DNA of 64,000 nt, taken from Candidatus Obscuribacterales bacterium (lineage in GTDB: Bacteria > Cyanobacteriota > Vampirovibrionia > Obscuribacterales > Obscuribacteraceae). Under the pieces are notes generated by a model that saw nothing but the letters and a program-made list of their open reading frames with translations, ran no database searches and had not been told where the DNA came from. The position numbers and the translations under genes were made by a program. Positions 22,601-29,100 of the stretch are shown piece by piece. The stretch is taken from positions 2,528,001-2,592,000 of the forward strand of contig CBDDIJ010000003.1 in NCBI GenBank assembly GCA_965228855.1. The letters are read 5' to 3'. How positions within the stretch are numbered: the stretch's first letter is position 1; each line of letters starts with the position of its first letter.

Positions 22601-25497
22601 CTGCTGGCGGAGTTGAACAGTCGCACTACACATTCGTGTACTCCAACGGCGAAGAGAACAAGCAAGTTCAAATTCCAAGCGACTGGTCAATTTCCTTCGG
22701 CGATGATGGAAATCAAATAGTCTCCGACGCAAGCGGAAATCCGATGATTCTCCTGGACGGCGACTCGGCTAAGTACGTCGGTCCGGAAGAATTCCAAAGT
22801 CTGTACGGAGACCTGGACGGCGATGTCACCATTCTCGATACGGTGCAGTCGGTTCAATCCTCTGCCGGCCGTGTTACGCTCCTTGATTTCAACCCTGGCA
22901 GCAACGATAGCACCGTTAGCGGTGTCACCAACCTGCTCGATTCTTCAGCGCAGGTCTTGAGTCAGAATCCTCAAATCGATGCACTCGGTCCGGAACAAGC
23001 CCCGGCAACAGTTGATCCGAACGCAATCGATCCGAATTCCGTCTCACTCAATACGGACTTGGGCATGACCGACCCAGGTCTGCCGATGTTAAACACAAGC
23101 ACTCAAATTGATCCTATCCTTGATGCATTCAACGACCCACCGGCAATGGGCAGCGCCATCGATCCTGTCGCAGGCATGCCTATCGATCCGACCACCGGTC
23201 TTCCTTACAATCCGGAAACCGGAAAACTTCTAGATCCTTCAACAGGTCAGGAAATAGGCAACTATGTTGCGCAGGATAATTCGATTAGCGGAACCACCGG
23301 TATCATCAGTGGTGACAAGACATCGCCGATTGCAGAGAATCCTGGAATCAGCCAGCCAGAAGCCGAGAGTTCACAGAACCTGGCGGATATTCTAAATGAC
23401 GAGATTCTTCGAATCCACGACAACATCGAGTCGCGCCTCGAAGAAATTAGAAATGGTGTACATGGAACACGGATAGACGACGATAGTGTTATCGCGAGCT
23501 TCGCTCCTGAATCGGCGTCTGATGTTTCCTCCAGAATAGACGATATCGATAAAGTCGCCGACGAACGCGAGCAGCACAAGCAAGATCGCATCAAAGACGA
23601 AGAGGAACGCAAGCGCGACGAGGAAGAAGAGCGGCTCAAGAAGCGCAAAGAGGATATCAAAAAACTCGCAGACACGATGCAAGCAATCATCGCTACCAAG
23701 CGTCGTGAGGAGATGGAACGCGTCAGAAAGCTGCTGGAGCAACAACGCAAGATCGAAGAATTCATCGTCAAGGATACGCGCCAGTCGAAGTACACCGTAC
23801 GCTACGGCGATACACTCGAGTCGATCGCTAAGAAAATGTTCAAAGATCCGCGTGTCGCAACCCTTATCTACGATATGAACAAGAGCAAGGTAACTGCCGA
23901 GAACGTCGACGGCAAGTCTGTCTACCATGTCAAGCCGGGTACCGAACTTAAGCTTCCGAGCCCTCGTCAAGCACGCGAATGGGTTATGCGCGGCAAGCAC
24001 ATGCAGACCGATCAAGCAGCAGCAGACAAGGTCCGTAAAATCACGGAGAAAGAGAAAGCTGAACTCGACGACCGTCGCAAGCACGTCGAATCGATGCTCG
24101 GTGCCGTCGGTTATGTTGGACCGAATACCGAGGACGGCGGAGTCAAATACAACGTACGGCTGGGTGATTCGTTGCGTTCAGTAGCTATGAAACATCCGAT
24201 GTTGAACGACGTTAGTCTCTGGAGACTGCTCGCAGAGAAGAATGATTTGCCCACTACCACCGACAATCATGGTATACCGACTGCCATTCTGAAACGTGGA
24301 ACGAAGCTCCTGATGCCGACGAAGCAAGAAATTGTCGACTTCCGGAAGAAGATCGGCGTGCTTACGCACCCCGCCTCGACCTGGATCAACAACACTTCCA
24401 AAGACGGTCCTGAATCATCTATTCACTCGAAGAAGTGCTCGGACTGCAAACGTCAAGCTCCAATCGGCGTGGCGATCTGCCCGAGCTGTGGTCATATTTT
24501 CGAATCTGTCATAACCGGCGGCGTCGCCAAACAATCATTCACAATCGTCACGAAACCGCCGAAGGCCGGTATCCAAACCAAAGACGATTCGATTACCGCC
24601 GACTCCAATCGCAAGAGCGGAGTTAAGACAAAGGACGACGAGTTCGCAAAGGATCCGCTTGTCGAAACGGCTGACGATAACAAAGTCGTTGATCTCTCTA
24701 ACCATGGCGTATCCACATCAGAAGAAGTTTCAATTTCTGAAGACGGCGAACCGGCGACTGCCACTGCCAATGGTGCGAAGACGAACGACCAGTCAGGCGT
24801 CAAGACTACCGAAGAGCGCAAACCTTTTGTTTCAACGTCGTCGAGTGACAACGGCGTACCAACAGAGGAAGATAGAACGGTATTCGTAAATCCAGGCGCA
24901 TCAGTCGACCCAAGCAGCGCGATAACTCAAGAGCTCGGTGACGATTACGAGAATACAGTCATCGTCAAAGATGGCATCGTCACGGCCCAACTACCGGACG
25001 ACTCAGATTCGACCGTGATAGTAACCGGCGCGCCGAAGCAACCAATCTCGGACGCAGTCAGCGCTTCCGAAAGTCTACTTCAGGGCATATCTTCACTTCA
25101 TAAGCGTGCTACTACTGGCGGTGTCGATACAGGTGGTGTCACGACCGGTGGCGTCAATACGGGTGGAGTTTCCAGCCAGCAACTGCAGGTTGAACGCTTC
25201 ACAGAACAATTGAGTGAGACTTGCCGACTTGTCCAACTAGATTCCTCACGTGCTAACAAGCGCAGCACCAGACTTCAACTCGAAGTGCTTCGCGACGGCA
25301 AGTGGTCACCTGTAATTGCATACGAAATCGCTGCGGAAAAATCAGTCCGCCACGAGTACAGCCTGAGCGGAAAGACGAAGTCTATGAAGATGGACCTACC
25401 GAGCGGCGCTCTGGAAGCGATGGTGCAAAACGACCTGACCCGCAACTGGAAATCATACTGCGAAAAATTCCTGACCGGCAAGAAGATCTCGGCTTAG
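7672..25497 (+). CDS. Giant protein (5941 aa): YD/Rhs-like beta repeats, helical repeats, coiled coil, T/Q/G/P/S mucin-like stalk, then 2x LysM-like domains, zinc ribbon and conserved terminal domain
   Basis: 17.8-kb ORF. YD-like units (VTDANGNKITYY, FDAQGRMTHKRDAAGNEFNFFY, RDTLGRVTTVQD); LysM-like YTVRYGDTLESIA (23791) and YNVRLGDSLRSVA (24148); CSDC...CPSC (~24436-24489). No signal peptide seen. Confidence 0.9.
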   Translation: MADKPDPKAENAKDPSTEPVKPTSDSTASKPDAGDSHVVSSTNPNVQTDVAASSMTDAVEKAQTLNQAERQDQTGTQFVQGPDKSDVELFDSSKEPASDAAKKTGDSDQPEKKEVAESADTGVKTEQSESKPDAGTEAILSKLPADHQRVLEGLPPDARANFAKQIDGMEGEFAQKMKAQQLSALVDTFNKTTKNGENAKIGDTINVEGVVRSIQAERARGTSAANRGGSATAALVSEAPPTRTEATDPNHGTIAEARQPVKRETSTPTAPSDVPSSQVATGDVPVTVVKSAEPVDIASADPRKAEAEQRQAAGDKQVSDFIATQTGEAKAPADSRKSIAQQGFEPKPGAYNPVNVPGFSEEGVGDQHTSLKESKVDNYDIESRQMSSMTRNSDNSITRTYTGAIDTAGMISFSSDTTFQAHETITKDNKLESRSVTYNQPLELTFDTPDGPKKIADVKAVDTKYDAARDRYVSTIRSADGSQHEAIVKTDGSVEKFEQTVKLTTAEYTKGVETKVWQDRNGTITQVQEGDERWSKQSGTDKWVKQNANGDYIDANNKVVSSASEAASFTGRYEFVTSPQKGLAKVDTAQQQAITKYADGSQERIVGLKGAPEFTVRTSADGKVSLDSQCGHFSVDDKSMEVLPNGDIKFKDTDGQKTLNTDGSLTSTYSNRTNSFQSVTEGFSPEGGRYIKSINFGEQAKISGMDMAGTWTLGEDGKLHNGSKTFDGELKLKDSSTLSYTVMAPEGVEGNGVLHGDGSNYTAYYDAGKNFSKSVEGLKDGSTIERRYSFTPDEQKELNARYGDQFNFNEITRTDAKGQTIKLIEAASKGHVDGEDDSHIVQATDPTGRTWSLINQDKNTWGEIDAKGKPVKGTNGEQNTFTGNWAMRKDGSGNSTVTRIIGAQSETNNAFSARFLVDYRSDGEITITNQEVPMIGYSTDAMIGPGVQRGANGDLTITSVNTKDQLTIKANGDVVSSNLALNPYGTTGLVEGTDAEGQNYVKEITFNGQSTTGPGAGTWRRDGDSSSEKWQQIDSSGKPTGKTFDGEITMNSRLSGDMTIKDNKKHTVDSVTTATGFERHEQYASNNKDLVSSYEKAPDKSTITHDVTSDSKTIKEYGLDEHVKPPVDKTVVTDANGNKITYYSAKDAEGKDYTARVDAPSGTWIRGGDSSSNQWNKATAETNEKGDTVYKQTGETFYGNVERVGKTAIFTNDRDNQRTYYQPDGSFERQLLTEKTEVLSNLDVRSTKQPEYTIRSDARGNRSIVDNNTGKTYSTTDGAGNPLKVDDKGNMTFTDGSGRTITIAQDGSRKVVDANKNELTTDAGGRMLQQKDANGKTVANYNYEQKGDQVYLKSFENASGYWEMTQLADGKQKWDLMNGKDGATATMQADRIYINRDNSMVLENGDQRTVRKLDGTEIVETSVMTGDITTTTVVVGKRDGENFTPAYTLKTTTDKHDIQTQELESAGERAVRGKDGIWTSTDLKTGEVTKFAGQISIDDSGTLRKVTFETERNGDTVTVLKNKDGTPRISNTVDVYTNGSSWQSYENGAMVSRDRDGDVQFRQTAAGEVTRIDYSTTSPKEVVGFSQGNTYWKFNKETGKYVPTDINNPSKILDQQNDAQVTITINNRNGDIVRTNIPTGDVNTSKLDGTTELHRKDNTIVYTDSQGRPTKQIDANKNEFDLTYGPKGDLSSIKARIYTGVDDKGQPTYKDMMVRTEDYTGPGAETAIVGKNLKIEGFNDRYLAYENSKGHRVEIYPDTTMREFAGKDVTSGVIRVDLPSKVTVLAKGYDEKSTEQPFEDLAKRGPIIRDAEIVATPKTDFDRLRALGRDLPAPPATPQEIKASERSIIYKNADGNVVERWANGATQEFQKVPKTPGSSETVTRIKSSTDSTGRYIEYSYDDSKVVSTVPNKIEITAMVPGADGKMVPSTSVLQRDKDGNATWTEAGKQPVAIKNFNVLDNRIMIAHTSDDPNNPKFLEFIDTRNATSQVIGKDRSLTDFDAQGRMTHKRDAAGNEFNFFYKGDDKIPSTLQNMDGSWTRTVDSQNPNSSEQTWVHAESGAVWKGTVSTEGGIYKFENAEGKQTIHQADGTDRSTYRDGTVEVSKEGKVLSVTDTTGNITKYEYGEDGNAPYPTDFKVYNADGKVVANSDSFVKRNSDGSIDAANQIKKIEIDPATGRPVVTYNSDSVMKLSVNGVGIVSDKESKITGLFRPEDHKFIESGKDGVKEITVDKNGKIEIKKGDGSSEYFKSEGTRVVTDAAGNSIEAHSIDGVTVLKYDYALNEKTGKSELTSLTRMTKDEKGVDQITKIVKDGDKFVERSGTSEANLKPTGNVYDSMSSYSDNVYFYNKAQKTQRTIDANGTEWEVRRFGEGSDERFTRVERDTLGRVTTVQDQNYNITHFVRNADGELTRIIQGDDELFKTKDNTWVSSANPDLQIHLKDGAAGPTITANGDQIWQDKDNVTRTVKADGSVEISRPDGSQTIISADGSLTRTIYSPTGGGEVQEVRAGKDGSVQVIMRNGDVLSQSAYSKIITSTTRTPAEFEGSLEVGKDGQLTFFTQSDKSTNVYFSDGRAKYLQHVVTGDIGAIVSKDLKGQSPENIKAITDAIKARPADAESVLKEYGIDKDSAQGRQLMKDLEAAMMYTDKNSEAVYSSLNDLGAVGPYRIDNEFNMNDAREVNTMNRGLDALNRSYYAPEQQTPTNSQQPGQIPQTQTNPNGPPPGSDLAGGSPPISDHGQAQNVVDENARRIEATLKTATKADGKPLSSEELKDVASQLSSNPQNAEALLKEKGFDTSTAKALSDTIKSQHDTANDTARDDIIKQALKDGGVPANRIDEIAGQIKADPNNIEKILERNSVPADSVPKIMDSYKSDMAALDKAAGSIIGDNLKRSGLPAEKQAEVAAQIQAHPENALQILRDAGVPEANATRIANEINKDMRTFNQIRETAESRHIDAQTAASVALETYNNPENVTAALARAGVEASVAREVGQQASRDVVSDNVIVAPTPVIVAPAQNGPPTDVIRTGSHTNVNDIPPNTTDVANDFNRSRAQVDALNAAAEQQRVANFEQKREVGSKADERADRVGDEIAKEAIREEARAKERLESDNKHREEQRQQEQRDAEKRAEEQQRVQKQQEEERTRREEEQRKQAEEIKQRQEQERRELEERQKDERERADKARLESLEREQRVAKDNLLKQQEQARLERDRSLAESNRQKDLADQRATGGKIETEKPAPVVGKFEGQTQTNPRNTTDSTAPTTPPRPPETRGETRQPDAPRTTTPGSDVRQPEAPRTTTGPDARQPDAPRTTPGSETRQPDAPRTTPGSETRPQEAPRTTTGADARPQETSKLPGSDTRPDVRPSSTPLEAGSARPTTVPGADLAKAQTAGSASAPDGALKRDAAGNFTKVDANGSVIKVDASGKPITTKEAPLGKTGELGPDGKPVESVDTKGDTSKTSADKGDGDHNSPIVVPGTVTPPAGEVVQKPAGPAPAVPVEGGALDRSGTAPAGDIVKGPGKMSDTVAENTVDKVTPQPGPVQPGSVSGTTTTTANQSTGATPPGGQDPAQTVPAGQAPGHTPPAAGSQTTAPATDPLNRSTVDPSGNVTTLPAGSQPPAGQTQTQTQTGKEPSAPAGTQTSPVGTAPTQQQGQGQNPGPTQGQGQTPAAQDPSTQSPGTGTTPQPAGQGQGQTQPQQPSTTAPATDPLNRNSAPSGPATQPTGQTPAAQTPAGQAPTGQEPSQQTSSQTSPGTGQTQTGQTQTGQTQSGQPTSQTPAGQTQTPAGQAPTGQTPAGQQPTGSSTPDPLPKTTTDPGTTTQVPAGQTQSGQSNTGQPTTGQTTTGQPTSGQPTSQTPTGQTSGQNQTGQQQTTPTGSSTPDPLPKTSTDPGTTTQVPAGQTQTGQTTTGQTTTGQTTTNQPTSGQPTTGQTPTGQQPSGQTGTSTPDPLPKTGTEPGTTTQVPSGQTQTGQSTTGQTTTGQPTTGQPTGQTPTGQQTSGQTGTATPDPLPKTGTEPGTTTQVPSGQSTSNNAGPTGQTTTGQTTTGQTTTGQPPAGQTPSGQTPTGQTTTGQEPAQQLPKQSDPGSTSTTTGHLPTSGQTTPGQTQSPTSGQTTGQTDPQSQQSPTGLPSQTVPSGHAGQTQNPTGTTSQQGTASTPTSDPSTSLPKTVDPNAPASTTGNTTTSTHTGTTQSGTVPTGTNTTGTTTTGTTQTGTNPTGTSQSGTAPTQTPQTGAPSGSTQGGTVQNGNVTTDPSSGMPAGTTTSHATQTTSTGNAPAGPSSDPGSIGNASSHGSAAPTHSSTSGQAVNAAVQDMASQIATTAVVVAVINSMSSHGSQQPQVQQKPTVDPGSTTVSSTPPQLPSSAPSSYSQPANHSGSTTYTPPASSTTSNTDPSSNTSGGSTTISTGSSTTHTSSTSTQAPASPQPASEPTSSSSQPQSTNPEPKQVAQASEPTAQPSPQHHSNAPQTNTATTPPSTHAPSVSTTVQPGTLQQQPQSSNPAHSISNTSQNQTAEPAHSTATSQSAQPAPANSGNIASTTTTQNSTSSAPDPSQASSVGNTDDEQSHSHASAATHANATQQGPADPGQNAQPTTTTVVHTQTANRSQHQGQQNTAPQPRQAAQPASHNTSGAHGQQGQTPAQQAPAHTASGGTTSGNSSSSTSGNTDPTATTAANSPSTSAAHTTSATTGAHASASPTGAQASTAQGTPADPAAKTNLNNTDPNNDPNAVGIVSNTQADPSSSSSDPTANSQDPAQSQISQDPSMAQDPSMTQDPAGVQDPSIVQDPSTSQDPSTTQEPSTTQAQDPSSAQQQQEPSESQKQAPSSSSEESDVTAISDRSEQMEAQKYANDSQETQLQREPQESIDKQPVVDDWSVEPTYDAAAERARIEAQVDSYFESQKTVDPPFVDMSGDRVIEKHMPDGTTLLTFNDGVSAWVKGDQVTVIDSEGDISSFVGRIDTADGNVTIYDANDIVIHSTEPIVESAGGVEQSHYTFVYSNGEENKQVQIPSDWSISFGDDGNQIVSDASGNPMILLDGDSAKYVGPEEFQSLYGDLDGDVTILDTVQSVQSSAGRVTLLDFNPGSNDSTVSGVTNLLDSSAQVLSQNPQIDALGPEQAPATVDPNAIDPNSVSLNTDLGMTDPGLPMLNTSTQIDPILDAFNDPPAMGSAIDPVAGMPIDPTTGLPYNPETGKLLDPSTGQEIGNYVAQDNSISGTTGIISGDKTSPIAENPGISQPEAESSQNLADILNDEILRIHDNIESRLEEIRNGVHGTRIDDDSVIASFAPESASDVSSRIDDIDKVADEREQHKQDRIKDEEERKRDEEEERLKKRKEDIKKLADTMQAIIATKRREEMERVRKLLEQQRKIEEFIVKDTRQSKYTVRYGDTLESIAKKMFKDPRVATLIYDMNKSKVTAENVDGKSVYHVKPGTELKLPSPRQAREWVMRGKHMQTDQAAADKVRKITEKEKAELDDRRKHVESMLGAVGYVGPNTEDGGVKYNVRLGDSLRSVAMKHPMLNDVSLWRLLAEKNDLPTTTDNHGIPTAILKRGTKLLMPTKQEIVDFRKKIGVLTHPASTWINNTSKDGPESSIHSKKCSDCKRQAPIGVAICPSCGHIFESVITGGVAKQSFTIVTKPPKAGIQTKDDSITADSNRKSGVKTKDDEFAKDPLVETADDNKVVDLSNHGVSTSEEVSISEDGEPATATANGAKTNDQSGVKTTEERKPFVSTSSSDNGVPTEEDRTVFVNPGASVDPSSAITQELGDDYENTVIVKDGIVTAQLPDDSDSTVIVTGAPKQPISDAVSASESLLQGISSLHKRATTGGVDTGGVTTGGVNTGGVSSQQLQVERFTEQLSETCRLVQLDSSRANKRSTRLQLEVLRDGKWSPVIAYEIAAEKSVRHEYSLSGKTKSMKMDLPSGALEAMVQNDLTRNWKSYCEKFLTGKKISA
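17482..17705 (+). repeat. ~14-aa coding repeat RQP(D/E)APRTTPGS
   Basis: Five complete units plus a degenerate sixth in the translation (RQPDAPRTTTPGSDV, RQPEAPRTTTGPDA, RQPDAPRTTPGSET x2, RPQEAPRTTTGADA). Confidence 0.85.
18900..19870 (+). repeat. GQ(T/P)xT pentapeptide array punctuated by four TPDPLPKTxT(D/E)PGTTTQVP blocks
   Basis: Blocks at ~19063, 19285, 19483 and 19663, separated by variable numbers of 15-nt GGTCA(A/G) units. Confidence 0.85.
21904..22077 (+). repeat. 18-nt QDPS hexapeptide coding repeat
   Basis: QDPAQS, QDPSMA, QDPSMT, QDPAGV, QDPSIV, QDPSTS, QDPSTT, QEPSTT, QDPS. Confidence 0.85.
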
Positions 25498-25517
25498 AGC
25501 GTTCTGGTTCGAACGCT
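25498..25517. terminator. Hairpin between convergent genes (possible weak terminator)
   Basis: AGCGTTC-N6-GAACGCT immediately after the stop of the giant gene; no strong U-tract. Confidence 0.3.
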
Positions 25518-25552
25518 TACCGCCGCGCTTGAGTTCCTAAAGGCGCTCGGAT

Positions 25553-26128
25553 TCAGTCTGCCGTCAGCTCCCGGAATCTAGTAAGTTCGCCATCATGGGT
25601 CATGTTGCGGAGCTTGTAAACAACATCGACGGTAATTCGCTCACCCTCAACTGTTAGAAAGTGGTGATTGTTATCATCGTCGAAAAAAACCGCATAGTGT
25701 TTCAGCGTACCGGGTTTCTGCTCCCAGTAGTAAAACAACGAGCGTCCATTGAATTTCGCACCTGGAACTCTTTTGCGCTCACCCCAGACATCGACAATGA
25801 TTCCAGCATCGTCCATCATGAGTACAATCTCTTCGGCGGGTCCCTCGTCCGCATCTTGAAACGGCAGCTGCGGAGGATGTAGAACCAAAAATTCATCTGT
25901 GAATTCTGCTACCGGAGCATTGCGACCAGCAGAGGAGAACGTTTTTCCGCGACTGTCGCGCAGCGTTTTTTTCAGGTCACGAACATCGAGTTCGTCCACA
26001 AAACTGAGCGATTCGGTAAACTGCTCACCGGATGGGAAAGCATTTCCTGTGCCGGTCGGAGAAACACCTGGCAGACTTGCATGTCCGCCCTGGGCATCGT
26101 TGTTAGATTCGTCGTCTTGAGGGTCCAT
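25553..26128 (-). CDS. Hypothetical acidic protein (191 aa), last gene of the ATPase operon
   Basis: ATG-initiated ORF 45 nt downstream of the HerA-like gene; disordered N-terminus and a beta-rich C-terminal domain. Confidence 0.75.
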   Translation of the reverse strand: MDPQDDESNNDAQGGHASLPGVSPTGTGNAFPSGEQFTESLSFVDELDVRDLKKTLRDSRGKTFSSAGRNAPVAEFTDEFLVLHPPQLPFQDADEGPAEEIVLMMDDAGIIVDVWGERKRVPGAKFNGRSLFYYWEQKPGTLKHYAVFFDDDNNHHFLTVEGERITVDVVYKLRNMTHDGELTRFRELTAD

Positions 26129-26173
26129 AAACTATTCTGTTCCAACCGCGCTTCGTGCTTGAGACCTAGTCTA

Positions 26174-29100
26174 CTAACCTTGTTGTTCCCCGCCGCCTTC
26201 TTCACTTTCCTTCTGGAAATTCTCCAGAGCTGTTCTTACCTTGTGGAGCAAGACCAACTGAGCGTCCGTAGATAGCTGCTGATCCTTAATCAAGTGCGCC
26301 GCCAAACAGTACGCCAGATCGACATCCCCCTGGCTTACCAGACGTTCAGTAAGCAGTCGGCAGAACCACGCAGCAGAGTCGGAAGCCGGCGTGTCCTTTC
26401 GGTTAATCGAAGAATTGAAGTCGAATTTGATTTTTGGATCTCGAACAACTTCCGACACTTCGAATCGATACAAACACTTCGAAGTGCACGGACCACAGGT
26501 AGGAAGCGGTCCCTGGTCACGTTTATGCAATTCGATAAAATCATCGCGCCACTGGCGCAAAACGTTGATGTCCAGTTTTCGGTTCACTTCAGTGGGTTGG
26601 AAGGCTGGTCTCAAGAGGTTCAACCATCGCATGTGCTGCTCTCTCACCTGGTCGTAAAACCAATAATTTTCCTCGCCTTTGCGCTCGAAATATCGTTCGG
26701 TCGCCTGAGTCAGAACGCACCAGGTGATGCCGGTAATATTTCCGGTTCTCGCCCGACCGCCGATGACCCGCTGAATTTCGTGGATAATCTGGGCACGAAA
26801 GTGAACCAGCTGAGTCAAATCTTTCAGCGTGGATAAGAGATAGCGGTTGTAGACTTGCCTGAAAAGCGTATCGTCAGCGACGGGAACTGCTGTGTCCAGA
26901 ATCGTCGAATCGCATCGGTGCAAACAAAAACGGCAGCCGAGATGCCGGTCGAACTTGCCGACGATATCTAACGGTTTCATCGCCTGCCTGACGACTTCAT
27001 CAGATTCTTCCGGTGTCCTCGGCGGTGGCACCTCTTTTGTCTTGTCGAACATGATCGCAAGGTGGAACGGTTGTTCCATCTTCTCAGCGTAAACAATCGC
27101 GCGCCCCTGTCCGAGCGCTGTTACGTGCCTCTTTTGAATGTCGTCCAAGTTCATAGCACCGCCCATGGAGTCACGGTCATCGACCGCCACGATACGGTGC
27201 ATAACTTTCAAGTTAGTGTTCTTCAACGCTTCCGGAGCCAGTTTGTTCGGGATTTGGTCCGCGATGATGAACCCTTGTCCATACGAACGAATTTCTGCAA
27301 GCATGTTGGTGAAGAATTCAACTGCTTTACCCGCAGGGTTGGCGGATTCACCTGATTGCCCGGTCGGCACGTTCTTCAAAAGACGGTGAGCCTCTTCGAT
27401 CAACATGACGTGTTTCAAGTCATCGTGCGGACCGCCGGCTTCTCGATATTCATAGAGGAATACGAGCAACATTCCCATGAGGAAAGACTTTTCACTATCT
27501 TCGGAAACCATCTTCAGTTCGATAACTGTAGGTCTTTTGAACAGCGCTTCAGCAGGGATTGACCGGCGCGTGTTTAGCATCTGCCCCTTACCGCCAATCA
27601 GTAGTGAGCCGATACGGGCTTTCAGAGCGGCTTGTACGTCAGGTCCGATTCTTTCTGAATATCCGAAACTCTCGACGACCGGATCGATAATTTCAAAAAG
27701 ATCCTTCATTGTCGGGTAAATTTCCGGCGGGCAATCGGGGTCGCCAGGGTCGATTCCCGGAGGCAGTCGCCTGTTCTTGTTGTTTACCAGATCCCATCCG
27801 CGAACGTTATAAATTTCGTTCAACGCTTTTTCCAATACCTGCGGCATCGGAGAATACATTTCGAAACTGGCGTTAAATACTGACTTGAGCGCGTCCAGGT
27901 GGGTTTGAACTTTTACGCCTCGCATGATTTCGAAAGGGTTCAATCGAAACGGTGATACTGTTTCATCACCCAGAGAAAACGCCTGTCCAATACCTTTAAA
28001 CTGTTCGGACATCAGCATCATGTGCCGATATTCTGATTTCGCCGGCTCGATAACCATGAATGGAATCTTGTAATTCCAAAGTTGACCCAGCAAGTAGAAG
28101 CAAGTATTCGTCTTGCCGCCCCCTGTTACTCCGCAGACAATGGTGTGTTTCTGCATAGCGTCAACGTCGATGTAATAAAGGTTTCCCGTATCCATGCCGC
28201 GATCGAGGATGTTCCCAATCGCGATCGTTCGCGTCGGATCCTTTGGAGGAACCGGCGCTAGGGAAAACTCTGCGGATCTTCGAATTCGGAAGCCCGGCAT
28301 CTCACGCTTCGGCAAATGAACAAACGCAGACAGCATGCGAGAGTTCAGCGGCGTCAAAAATTTGTACTCTAAGAGATCTTGGAAGATTTCATCGTTTCGT
28401 TTGTTTCTAAGCAATCCGAAAGATTGTACGTGAGGTTGAAGCCCCTTGATCTCGTGCGTGCGAAGCGGTGTCGGACGGCTGGTCTCATCAACATACGTTG
28501 CGCGAATCAAGGACTGTAGCCTGACAAATACAGAACGATCCGGAGCAAAGAAGTAAACAGCAGTCAACCAGTGTCCGACCGCGATACCCAGCTGAACATG
28601 CTTCAAGTAAGCATCTTGAAGTTCGAGATAATATTTGATTCTTCGTTTCTTTTCCGGGTCTTCGTTTTCCTGTGCGCGCTGAATCTGGTCGACAACAGTC
28701 ATCTCTTCCCGGTTTACTTTCTGGTTTGGAATCGGGATTGCGAGCACGAGGAAGCCGAAGTCATGCCCCTGAAGACCAGTAGCAAGACGTTCTATCTGTT
28801 CCGATTCCATGGTATCACCGGCAGTGGACTTCAAAGCCGGGATTCCTGTAACAAGACCGGTATGGACAGCAAGTGGATCAACCATGCGCTTCATCTGCTC
28901 CGTCGTAAACGGCTCATTATGAATATCAACACCGTTGTAGACACTGTGCATGATCGAGCGCAAAGACGTATAAGCAACCATATTCGCACTGCTGTCGCCG
29001 TTGCCGGTTGAGTCGGCAGGCAGCGAGACGCCCATATAGTAGTTGACCCCGGTCTTGTTTCCGAGTACAACGAACGAAAGATTAGCTTTCTGGCTGTGCA

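Noticed and set aside
1614..25481. Many 60-310 aa ORFs antisense to or out of frame with the giant genes (also within the adhesin, tuf and the ATPases)
   Set aside because: They are shadows of long biased-codon genes and have no independent motifs or RBS.
7672..25497. Classical Rhs toxin-immunity pair
   Set aside because: No RHS-core terminal motif, no toxin tip, no PAAR/VgrG and no co-oriented immunity gene.
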